From Candidatus Krumholzibacteriia bacterium (lineage in GTDB: Bacteria > Krumholzibacteriota > Krumholzibacteriia > JAJRXK01), in assembly GCA_041484665.1 (NCBI GenBank), contig JBGPIA010000006.1, forward strand, positions 64,001-128,000: a DNA stretch of 64,000 nt, in the 5' to 3' direction. The position numbers and the translations under genes are program-made. This document shows, one piece after another, positions 24,701 to 33,303 of the stretch (the first letter of the stretch is position 1; each line of letters starts with the position of its first letter). Under the pieces are notes generated by a model that had not been told where the DNA came from, searched no databases, and saw only the letters and a list, made by a program, of their open reading frames with translations.

Positions 24701-25948
24701 ATGGCTTACCCGGCTGCGGTCAAGGACGCCTATCGTTCGGATCTGAGCTCGATCCGCGAGAAGGGACTGTACAAGGAGGAGCGGTACATCCACTCACCCC
24801 AGTCCGCGGGCATCCAGGTCGAGTACCCGGAAGGCTCGCAAACCAAGCGGGTGATCAATCTCTGCTCCAACAACTACCTCGGGCTTTCGAGCCACCCCGC
24901 GGTCATCGCCGCGGCCCACCGCGGCCTGGATGAGCGCGGCTACGGGATGTCCAGCGTCCGCTTCATCTGCGGCACGCAGGACATCCACCGCCAACTCGAG
25001 CACAAGCTGACGGAGTTCCTCGGCACCGAGGACACGATCCTCTTTCCCAGCTGCATGGACGCCAACGCCGGAGTGTTCGAGGCGATCCTCGGACCGCAGG
25101 ACGTGATGATCTCGGACCGGCTGGTGCACGCCAGCATCGTCGACGGCATCCGGCTCTGCAAGGCGATGCACGATACCTACAAGCACGCCGACATGGCCCA
25201 CCTGGAGGAGAAGCTGAAGGAGCACCAGGACAAGCGGATCCGCCTGATCATCACCGACGGCAACTTCTCCATGGACGGCGACCTCGCCCCGCTGGATGAG
25301 ATCTGCGCGTTGGCCGAGCAGTACGGCGCGATGGTGTTCGTGGACGACAGCCACGCCACCGGATTCATCGGCAAGACCGGCCGCGGCGTGCACGAGCATT
25401 TCGGGGTCATGGGGAAGATCGATATCATCACCACGACGCTGGGCAAGGCCCTGGGCGGAGCCAGCGGCGGCTGCGTGTCCGGGCGCAAGGAAATCGTGGA
25501 GCTATGCCGCCAGCGGGCGCGCCCCTATCTCTTCTCCAACGCGGTGCCACCGCCGATCGCGTACGCCGCGCTGGAGGTCCTGAAGATCCTCAGCTCCACC
25601 ACGGAGCGGCGGGACAAGCTGGAAGAGAACACCAGGTTCTGGCGCAGGGGCCTCGGGGAGGCCGGGTTCGTGGTGAAGGAGGGCGAGAGCCCCATCGTTC
25701 CGATCATGCTCTTCAACGCTGCGCTCAGCCAGAGCATGTCGCGTGACCTCTTCCAGGAAGGCGTCTACGCGGTGGGGTTCTTCTTTCCCGTCGTGCCGGC
25801 AGGTCAGGCGCGCATCCGCACGCAGCTCTCCGCGGATCACGACATCCCGATGCTCCAGAATGCCCTGACGGCATTCAAGAAGGTGGGCGAGAAGCACGGG
25901 ATCCTCGGCCTCGACAAGAAGGGGATCATCGAGAAGTACGGGCTGTGA
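24701..25948 (+). CDS. kbl: Glycine C-acetyltransferase (2-amino-3-ketobutyrate CoA ligase)
   Basis: NLCSNNYLGLS, GMSSVRFICGTQ, HASIVDG, FSMDGD, DDSHATG, TTLGKALGG (PLP Lys), RPYLFSN. Confidence 0.9.
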   Translation: MAYPAAVKDAYRSDLSSIREKGLYKEERYIHSPQSAGIQVEYPEGSQTKRVINLCSNNYLGLSSHPAVIAAAHRGLDERGYGMSSVRFICGTQDIHRQLEHKLTEFLGTEDTILFPSCMDANAGVFEAILGPQDVMISDRLVHASIVDGIRLCKAMHDTYKHADMAHLEEKLKEHQDKRIRLIITDGNFSMDGDLAPLDEICALAEQYGAMVFVDDSHATGFIGKTGRGVHEHFGVMGKIDIITTTLGKALGGASGGCVSGRKEIVELCRQRARPYLFSNAVPPPIAYAALEVLKILSSTTERRDKLEENTRFWRRGLGEAGFVVKEGESPIVPIMLFNAALSQSMSRDLFQEGVYAVGFFFPVVPAGQARIRTQLSADHDIPMLQNALTAFKKVGEKHGILGLDKKGIIEKYGL

Positions 25949-26026
25949 GCGAAGTCCGTGACCCAGGCGATGTACGTGACGTGAGCGAAGTATGGGACGT
26001 GAGCGAAGTATGGGACGTGAGCGATG
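25945..26026. repeat. 18-bp tandem repeat (gacgtgagcgaagtatgg) filling the kbl-aldehyde dehydrogenase spacer
   Basis: Two exact copies plus degenerate flanking copies; the last unit ends in the ATG of the next gene. Confidence 0.85.
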
Positions 26027-27451
26027 AACGCGTTCGAGACCTATGCCGATGAGCTCCTGGGCCGGGCCCGGGAGGCGGCCCTGCAATTTCGAGTCTGCGA
26101 CCAGGCGCAGGTCGACCGGATCGTCGAGGCGGCGTTCTGCGCCGCCTTCGACGCACGGGTCGATCTGGCGCGTCTGGCCGTGGAGGAGACCGGCATGGGG
26201 GTCTTCGAGCACAAGGTCGTCAAGAACGCCTGGTCGAGTCTCCTCATCTACGAGCACATCCGCCATCGGCAGACTGTAGGCGTTCTCTCCGACGATCCGG
26301 AGCGCGGGATCACGGAGGTCGCACAGCCGATCGGACCGGTGCTGGCACTCACGCCCCTCACCAATCCGACGTCGACCACGATCTTCAAGGCGCTCATCTG
26401 CCTCAAGACGCGCAACCCGGTCATCTTCAGCCCGCACCGCAGCGCCCGGAAGTGCTCGCGTGAGGCGGCACGGATCATGTCCGAGGCGGCGGTGGCGGCC
26501 GGGGCGCCGCCCGATTCGATCCAGTGGATCACGAAGGCCCAGTCGGAATACCTCGACGCGGTGATGCGCCACCGCGGGCTGGCCATGATCCTCGCCACGA
26601 GCACTGTCGCGATGGTGCGGCGCGCTCAGCGCTCCGGCACCCCAACGCTCGGCGTCGGGCCGGGCAACGTTCCGGTCTACGTGCACGCTTCGGCCGACAT
26701 CCCGTTCGCGGCCCGCATGATCGTGCACTCGAAGACCTTCGACAACGGGACCGTCTGCGCGAGCGAGCAGTCGCTGGTCGTGGAGCCCGAGGTGGACCGG
26801 CAGATCCGGCCGTTGCTGCGTGAGCGCGGCGCGTACTTCTGCAATCCCGAGCAGACTGCCGCGCTCGGCCCGCTCTGCTTCGATCCCGAGTCGCAATCCA
26901 TGAAAGCCGAAATTGTGGGACAGCCCGCTGCGGTCATCGCGCAGCGGGCCGGCTTCCCGGTTCCGCAGGGGACGCGCCTGCTGGTTGCGGAGGTAGGGGG
27001 TGTCGGATCGGCGCACCCGCTGTCCTACGAGATCCTGGCGCCGGTCCTGGCTTATCACCGGGTGCCCGACTATGCAGCCGCCCTGGACGTCTGCCGCGCC
27101 GTCACGCACCTCGGCGGCGTCGGCCATACGGTCGGCGTCTACTGCAACGACGAAACGGTGGTGGCCGATTTCGCTGCCATGGACGCCGCGCGCATCCTGG
27201 TGAATACGCCGACCACCGAGGGTGCCCTGGGGGGGATCTTCAACCATCCCCCGCCGTCGCTGACCCTGGCCTGCGGGCCGAGCGCCGGCAACCTCACCAC
27301 CGACAACATCACGATCGACCACCTCCTGAGCACCCACCGCGTAGCGCGGCTGCGGCTGAATCACCGGTGGCAGGAGATCCCGCGTGAAGTGTGGCTCGAC
27401 CACAGCGTGCGGTCGGACGAGATTCGCAAGCTGTACAATCGCAACTATTAG
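26024..27451 (+). CDS. Acylating (CoA-dependent) aldehyde dehydrogenase, AdhE N-terminal/EutE/Sucd-like
   Basis: AVEETGMGVFEHKVVKN, PLTNPTST, GVGPGNVP, SKTFDNGTVCASEQ (catalytic Cys), PSLTLACG. Confidence 0.88.
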   Translation: MNAFETYADELLGRAREAALQFRVCDQAQVDRIVEAAFCAAFDARVDLARLAVEETGMGVFEHKVVKNAWSSLLIYEHIRHRQTVGVLSDDPERGITEVAQPIGPVLALTPLTNPTSTTIFKALICLKTRNPVIFSPHRSARKCSREAARIMSEAAVAAGAPPDSIQWITKAQSEYLDAVMRHRGLAMILATSTVAMVRRAQRSGTPTLGVGPGNVPVYVHASADIPFAARMIVHSKTFDNGTVCASEQSLVVEPEVDRQIRPLLRERGAYFCNPEQTAALGPLCFDPESQSMKAEIVGQPAAVIAQRAGFPVPQGTRLLVAEVGGVGSAHPLSYEILAPVLAYHRVPDYAAALDVCRAVTHLGGVGHTVGVYCNDETVVADFAAMDAARILVNTPTTEGALGGIFNHPPPSLTLACGPSAGNLTTDNITIDHLLSTHRVARLRLNHRWQEIPREVWLDHSVRSDEIRKLYNRNY

Positions 27452-27610
27452 CCGGCGGGCCGGCCCGCACGCTCACGGGACTCCGTCCGGGCGCCCCCCT
27501 CCGGTGGTTTCTTGTTCCGCCCCCGCCCGTGTAGAATACGGGTGGTCGGCGGCCCGCTGCGGTCTGACACAAGGCACTCGACCGAAAGGCACTGGACCGA
27601 AAGGACGGCA

Positions 27611-28618
27611 ATGAACGCACGATGTAGTCTGGTGTGGGCGGCCTGCCTGCTGGGGACGCTCGGCGCTTCAGCCAGCCTCGCAGCGGCCAGCGAACGGCCC
27701 AAAGCCGCGGGCATCTACCCCGTGCAGGAGCAGTTCGTGGACGCCAACGGCGTGCTGATCTATACGGTTTCCCTCGGGCGGGGCGACCCGTTGGTGGTGC
27801 TGCACGGCGGGCCGGGCGCGTCCCATGACTACCTCCTCCCCCATCTGCTGCCGCTCGCCCGGGACAATCGCCTGGTCTTCATCGATGAGCGCGGCTCCGG
27901 CAAGTCGGAGAGGCTGGAAGACGCAGCAAGCTACACGGTCGAGGCGATGGTCGAGGACGTGGAGGCCGTGCGCAAAGCACTGCGCCTGGGCACCATCAAC
28001 CTGCTGGGGCATTCGTACGGCGGCGTGCTCGCACAGGCCTATGCCTTCAAGTACCCATCGAACCTGGCGCACCTCCTGCTGTGCAGCACGTTCCACAGCA
28101 CGAAGGCGATGAATGAGGTATTCCAGCGCATGCTGCAGAAGATGCCGCCGGAGCAGCGGGAGCGGATCGAGAAGATGGAGGCCTCTGGGCTGTTCGGCCA
28201 CGGCAAGGACTACGAGAAGAACCGCTACGCCAACGACTACATGATCGCCGCCTGGGGCGAGGGGTACTTCCCCTACCTCTACCAGAACCGACCCGACCCC
28301 AACTTCGACCCGGTGCAGATGGGCAACACCTCGTGGGAGCTCTACCGTCAGATGTGGGGCTCGCACGGGGAGTTCGTGATCGATGGCAATCTGGTGTCGG
28401 TCGAGTATGGCGACCGGCTGGGGACGGTTCGCGTGCCGACTCTGATCACGGTGGGTGACCACGATGAGTGCGACCCCTCGCTGGCCCGGGCGATGCACGA
28501 GCAGATCGCCGGGTCGAAGCTGGTGGTCTTTCCCACAAGCGGGCACATGACCTTCGTGGATCAACCGGGATTGTTCATCCACGCCGTCGACGAGTTCCTT
28601 CACCCAGCGTCGAAGTGA
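27611..28618 (+). CDS. Secreted proline iminopeptidase-family alpha/beta hydrolase
   Basis: Signal peptide; LHGGPG, DERGSGKS, GHSYGG nucleophile, GDHD, SGHM; TAGAAT -10 at 27532 suggests its own promoter. Confidence 0.85.
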   Translation: MNARCSLVWAACLLGTLGASASLAAASERPKAAGIYPVQEQFVDANGVLIYTVSLGRGDPLVVLHGGPGASHDYLLPHLLPLARDNRLVFIDERGSGKSERLEDAASYTVEAMVEDVEAVRKALRLGTINLLGHSYGGVLAQAYAFKYPSNLAHLLLCSTFHSTKAMNEVFQRMLQKMPPEQRERIEKMEASGLFGHGKDYEKNRYANDYMIAAWGEGYFPYLYQNRPDPNFDPVQMGNTSWELYRQMWGSHGEFVIDGNLVSVEYGDRLGTVRVPTLITVGDHDECDPSLARAMHEQIAGSKLVVFPTSGHMTFVDQPGLFIHAVDEFLHPASK

Positions 28619-28714
28619 GCGCTCTCTGACGAACTGCGGTGACCCGCTTCGGGTCCACGATACGCCCGCATCCCGATCCAAGCCACGCTCTCGCCCCCCC
28701 CGAGAGAGACCGTC

Positions 28715-29941
28715 ATGTCGCTTGCGAAGCTCAACGCCGCCCTGGTCCAGGACGTCGCCGCGCTGGCCGCCGAAGGCCGCGCCAAGGCGGCCGAGCGGGT
28801 CATTGTCGGGTACGTCCCGCCCACGGGCGACCGCGGCCCGCGCTGGAAGCTGCGCGGCGCGCCTCAGGATTTCCTGCGCATGAACTCCAACAGCTATCTG
28901 TCGCTGTCGCACCACCCGGCGATGATCGAGGCGGCCGATCAGGTCGCGCGGGAGTTCGGCGTAGGCCCGGGCGCCGTGCGCTTCATCGACGGCACCTTCC
29001 AACAGCACGTCGGACTGGAGGAGCGCATCGCGCGTTTCATGGGCAAGCCGGCGGCGAGGATCTTCAACTCGGCGTACACGGCCAACCTCGGCCTGGCGTT
29101 GACGCTGAGCGGCCCACGCACCTACTGGATCGGCGACGAGCTCAACCACAACTGTATCATCCGCGGCATGCGCATCGCCGGTGTGCCCAAGGAGAACCGC
29201 ACCATCTACCGGCACAACGACCTCGATGAGCTGACGATGCGCCTCAACGGCGTGCCCACCAGCATGGACCGCGTCGTCGTGATCTTCGACGGCATCTTCA
29301 GCATGCGCGGTGACAACGCCCCCCTGGACCGGATCGACGCGCTGATCGACCAGCACCGCGGCCGCTTCAGCGAAGGGATCGTCACCGTGATGGACGATTC
29401 GCACGGAATCGGCGCCTATGGGGCCGCCGGACGCGGCACCGAGGAGCACTGTCGGACTGCGGCCGACGTCGTCGTCGGCACCTTCGGCAAGGCCTTCGGG
29501 GTCAATGGTGGCTTCATCGCCAGCAGCGAGGAGCTGATCGAGGCCGCCCGCCAGAAGGCGGACACCTACATCTACAGCAATCCCCTGAGCGTGGCCGACT
29601 GTGCCGCCGCTGCGGTTGCTGTCGACCTGGTGGACGGCTCAGAAGGCCGCTCACGCCTTCGGGACCTCCACGCTCGTGTCCGCCAGTTCCGCGACGGTCT
29701 GACCCGCCTGGGCTGGGAATCGATCCCGGGGCCACACCCGATCGTGCCCCTGCTCGTCCGCAGCACCGAGCGCAGCCGCGCGCTGGTCCAGCGCTGCTTC
29801 GATCGCGGCGTCCTGGTCGTCGGCCTCGACTACCCAGTGGTTCCGCGCGGCGACGAGACGATTCGTTTCCAGATCAACGCGGCCCATACTGCGGCCGACA
29901 TCGACACCGTGCTCGCTCTGCTGGAGGAGTTCCGCAACTAG
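28715..29941 (+). CDS. Second alpha-oxoamine synthase family PLP enzyme (Kbl/BioF-like)
   Basis: MNSNSYLSLS, GPGAVRFIDGT, DELNHNCII, DGIFSMRGD, DDSHGIG, GTFGKAFG, YPVVPRG. Confidence 0.85.
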   Translation: MSLAKLNAALVQDVAALAAEGRAKAAERVIVGYVPPTGDRGPRWKLRGAPQDFLRMNSNSYLSLSHHPAMIEAADQVAREFGVGPGAVRFIDGTFQQHVGLEERIARFMGKPAARIFNSAYTANLGLALTLSGPRTYWIGDELNHNCIIRGMRIAGVPKENRTIYRHNDLDELTMRLNGVPTSMDRVVVIFDGIFSMRGDNAPLDRIDALIDQHRGRFSEGIVTVMDDSHGIGAYGAAGRGTEEHCRTAADVVVGTFGKAFGVNGGFIASSEELIEAARQKADTYIYSNPLSVADCAAAAVAVDLVDGSEGRSRLRDLHARVRQFRDGLTRLGWESIPGPHPIVPLLVRSTERSRALVQRCFDRGVLVVGLDYPVVPRGDETIRFQINAAHTAADIDTVLALLEEFRN

Positions 29942-30048
29942 GCCGCCGGCGCCGACCCACCCGGGATTTTGCAATATCATCCGAGCGCGTGCCGCACTAG
30001 AATGCCCCGGGTTTCCCCATCCCCACGACCACGATCCAGGAGGAGACG

Positions 30049-31884
30049 ATGAGAAGCCATCGGCGCGGTGCTCGCGGTGTGCGCGGCGCTCGCGGCCTGC
30101 GCGGTGCGCGCGGTGTGCGCGGCCCGCGCGGAGCACGCGGTGCCCGCGGAACACGCGGTGGATTGGTCGCTCTGGTCGCGCTGGCCGTGCTCGGCGCCGC
30201 CGCTTGCTCACAGCAGAAGTCGCAGCCAGCGCCCCAGCAGCAGACGCCGCCCTCCAGCGCATCGGCCGGCCAGTCCACCCCATCCACTTCGTCCGCCTCA
30301 TCCGCCATGACGACCCACAAGGCGCTCGCGACCTACACGCCGGTGCGCCTGAGCACCAACATGACGGCGCTCACCGACAAGGACCACGAGACGATCAAGC
30401 TGCTGATCGAGGCCTGCCAGGCGGTCGACGAGATCTTCTGGCTGGAGGCCTACGGGGGCAAGCAGGCGCTGCTGTCGGGCATCTCCGACCCACAGCTGCG
30501 CCGGTTCGCCGAGATCAACTACGGACCTTGGGACCGCCTCAACGGTGACGCACCCTTCATCGAGGGCGCGGGCACGAAGCCGCTGGGCGCCGGGTTCTAT
30601 CCCAAAGACGTGACCAAGGCGGAGTTCGAGGCTGCCTGCGCCGAGTCCCCCGCGCGCGCCAAGGAGCTCAAGGACATCTACTCGGTGGTCCGTCGCGACG
30701 CGGGCGGGCGGCTGATCGCCGTCCCGTACCACGTGGCGTTCAAGGAGCAGATCGAGCGCGCAGCGGACCGGCTGCGCGCCGCCTCGGCACTGGCCAGCGA
30801 CGCGGGCTTCCGCCAGTACCTGGAGCTGCGCGCGCAGGCGCTGCTGCGCGACGACTATCAGCCCAGCGACGTGGCGTGGCTCGACATGAAGAACAACACG
30901 CTCGATGTGGTGATCGGGCCCATCGAGAACTACGAGGACGCCCTGATGGGGATCCGCACCGCGCACGAGGGCTTCGTGCTGGTCAAGGACCGGGAGTGGA
31001 GCAAGCGCCTGGCGCGCTACGCACAGCTCTTGCCCAAGCTGCAGCGCGGGCTACCCGTTCCCGATGCCTACAAGCGCGAGACGCCGGGCAGCGACTCGGA
31101 CCTCAACGCCTACGACGCGGTCTATTTTGCGGGCGACTGCAACGCGGGCTCGAAGGTGATCGCGATCAACCTCCCCAACGACGAGCAGGTGCAACTCCAG
31201 CACGGCACCCGGCGACTGCAGCTCAAGAACGCGATGCAGGCAAAGTTCGAGAAGATCCAGGTTCCGATCGCCGACGTCTTGATCGCTCTGGACCAGCGCA
31301 AGCACATCCTGTTCGACGCGTTCTTCGCGAACATCATGTTCCACGAGGTGGCACACGGCCTGGGCATCAAGAACACCATCAACGGCAAGGGGACCGTGCG
31401 CGAGGCGCTCAAAGAGCTGGGTGGTGCACTGGAGGAGGGCAAGGCGGACGTGCTGGGCCTCTACATAGTGACGCGGCTGCACGATATGGGTGAGCTCGGC
31501 CAAACGAGCGTGATGGACAACTACGTCACCTACCTGGCGGGCATCTTCCGCTCGGTGCGCTTTGGCGCCTCCAACGCCCACGGGCGCGCCAACCTGGCGC
31601 AGTTCGGCTACTTCCAGAAGATGGGGGCGTTCACGCGCACCAGCGGCGGCGGGTACCGCGTCGACTTCGAGAAGATGCGCACGGCCGTCGACTCGTTGTC
31701 GGCGAAGATCCTGAAGCTGCAGGGGGACGGCGACTACGACGGCGTGATGGCGTACCTGCCCAAGGCCGGCGAAATGGACCCCACACTCAGCGCCGACCTG
31801 GGCCGTCTGGCGAGTGCCGACGTGCCCGTCGACATCGTGTTCGAGCAGGGAATGGACGCGCTGATGGCCGGTGAGAAGCCTTAA
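30049..31884 (+). CDS. Peptidase M49 (dipeptidyl peptidase III-like, HEXXH) Zn hydrolase lipoprotein
   Basis: AGGAGG RBS; lipobox [48 protein letters not shown]. Confidence 0.88.
   Translation: MRSHRRGARGVRGARGLRGARGVRGPRGARGARGTRGGLVALVALAVLGAAACSQQKSQPAPQQQTPPSSASAGQSTPSTSSASSAMTTHKALATYTPVRLSTNMTALTDKDHETIKLLIEACQAVDEIFWLEAYGGKQALLSGISDPQLRRFAEINYGPWDRLNGDAPFIEGAGTKPLGAGFYPKDVTKAEFEAACAESPARAKELKDIYSVVRRDAGGRLIAVPYHVAFKEQIERAADRLRAASALASDAGFRQYLELRAQALLRDDYQPSDVAWLDMKNNTLDVVIGPIENYEDALMGIRTAHEGFVLVKDREWSKRLARYAQLLPKLQRGLPVPDAYKRETPGSDSDLNAYDAVYFAGDCNAGSKVIAINLPNDEQVQLQHGTRRLQLKNAMQAKFEKIQVPIADVLIALDQRKHILFDAFFANIMFHEVAHGLGIKNTINGKGTVREALKELGGALEEGKADVLGLYIVTRLHDMGELGQTSVMDNYVTYLAGIFRSVRFGASNAHGRANLAQFGYFQKMGAFTRTSGGGYRVDFEKMRTAVDSLSAKILKLQGDGDYDGVMAYLPKAGEMDPTLSADLGRLASADVPVDIVFEQGMDALMAGEKP
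30061..30160. repeat. 9-bp tandem repeat encoding (RGX)n before the signal h-region
   Basis: cgcggtgct cgcggtgtg cgcggcgct cgcggcctg..., about 11 units. Confidence 0.8.
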
Positions 31885-31979
31885 GCCGCCGGAGCCGGAA
31901 GGTCCAGCGCTGCGTGGTCGTCGCGCGCGGCCTGTTCGTCGCCCGCCGCACCCGGCCGCTGCCGTGGCGCAGGCTCGCT

Positions 31980-32422
31980 CGAAGACCCCGCGTGGCCGGG
32001 GTCGCCCTTCGCCAGCGGCGTGGCCACGGGCAGCTCGCGGGTGAACCCGAACCGCGACCGCTCGCCCGGCCGGCTCGTCGCGTGGAGGCTGCCCCCATGA
32101 GCTCGACCAGCTGCTTGCTGATGGCAAGCCCCAGGCCAGTCCCCCCGTAGCGCCGCCTGCTGGAGGAATCGGCCTGGGTACAGCGCGTGAAGAGCTTGCC
32201 CAGCACGTCGGGCGCGATCCCGCTGCCGGTGTTTTCGGGGGCCCTGCTGTTGGTTCCGATCAGACTGGCCTACAGACCCAGCTCACGCCCCAGGCGGTCC
32301 CGGAACGTGGTGTAGTCGTAGGTCGTCGTGATCGGGCCCACCATCGCCAGGGCAAGGAACGCCGGTACGCCGATGATCCAGCGCAGCCTCTGGCGGATGG
32401 GCAGATCCAGGAACGGCGTCAT
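31980..32422 (-). pseudogene. Decayed hybrid sensor histidine kinase (CHASE8-like N-terminus joined to HATPase remnant)
   Basis: ATG 32422 overlaps the yfiR stop. LPIRQRL + TM segment ends at TAG 32270. Frameshifted remnants follow: [44 protein letters not shown], then [21 protein letters not shown]/HisKA absent. Confidence 0.8.
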
Positions 32423-33063
32423 GGCATGGCCGCTTTGTCGGTGGGCCGCTCGTCGTAGACGTCCGCGAGGCTGAGCAGCTGTGCGGCCAGCTGCAGCGAG
32501 CGGCGCCGCCCTTCGCTGATGTTGATCTCGAACCGGATCCGGTTGCCGACCCAGAACAGCCGGATGACGCCGCCGGTGTGGGCGAACGTCTCCAGCTCGG
32601 ACACCAGGAGCAGCGGCTTGCCCTTGAGCGTGCGCGTCAGCTCGGGCCAGCGCTCCGCCTCGGAGCGGCATACATAGACGACCTGGCAACCGTCACAGGA
32701 CTCCCCGGGATGGATACGGCGCGTAGCGATCGTGTGGCCATGGGCGCTGCGCCCGTCGATCGATTCGAGCGCGGGAGCGCCGGGGTCGTCCCCGACCAGC
32801 CCGATCGTGAGCGGAGCGCTGGGAGACAGGACCTCCACTGGCCAGTCGGTGAAGCGGGCGAAGTTGTACAGCAGCGCGGCCTTGAGCTGCGCTTCGCCGT
32901 CTGCGGCGTGGCCGGCGCGGGGAACCAGGAGCCCTCCCAGACCCGTGAGCGCCCACGAGAACGCGGCGCCCCACAGCAGTCCCTGACAGGACGCGCGGCG
33001 GGCCGCCCGGCACCAGCGCAGACGGCGCCTCTCCTCGACCGTGGATCCCGTGCCGATGCGCAA
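32419..33063 (-). CDS. YfiR/HmsC family (DUF4154) periplasmic protein
   Basis: EAQLKAALLYNFARFTDWP, CQVVYV, GGVIRL..RIRFEIN..LQLAAQLLSLA. Start uncertain (TTG 33063 or ATG 33123). Confidence 0.88.
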   Translation of the reverse strand: MRIGTGSTVEERRRLRWCRAARRASCQGLLWGAAFSWALTGLGGLLVPRAGHAADGEAQLKAALLYNFARFTDWPVEVLSPSAPLTIGLVGDDPGAPALESIDGRSAHGHTIATRRIHPGESCDGCQVVYVCRSEAERWPELTRTLKGKPLLLVSELETFAHTGGVIRLFWVGNRIRFEINISEGRRRSLQLAAQLLSLADVYDERPTDKAAMP

Positions 33064-33119
33064 CGTAGATCTGCCTCGATAGGTGGGACCCGCGAGATGT
33101 ACACGATCCCGCGCAGTGG

Positions 33120-33147
33120 GCATCGGACTCACGCCCGGATCTCTTGA
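33120..33147 (-). promoter_or_regulatory. Sigma28-like promoter TCAAG-N15-TCCGATGC facing yfiR
   Basis: Direct motif match; mirrored by the + strand motif. Confidence 0.45.
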
Positions 33148-33181
33148 GCCCAGGAATGCCCGGCCATCGCGTTCTGCCTGC

Positions 33182-33209
33182 TCAAGTGGGAACGGGCCTG
33201 GGCCGATAG
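33182..33209 (+). promoter_or_regulatory. Sigma28-like promoter TCAAG-N15-GCCGATAG facing the TonB receptor
   Basis: Near-consensus FliA/SigD -10 (GCCGATAa) and -35. Confidence 0.55.
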
Positions 33210-33303
33210 CCACGAGGAACCGGGTCGGTCCGTCGGGACACGGTCCTTGCTGCAAGTTGAGACCGCGCACGAAGGTCTGGGCCGGGGAAAGGTCAGGTGT
33301 CCC

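Noticed and set aside
33235..33250. Sigma54 promoter GGACACGGTCCTTGC
   Set aside because: The invariant GG-N10-GC spacing is not met.
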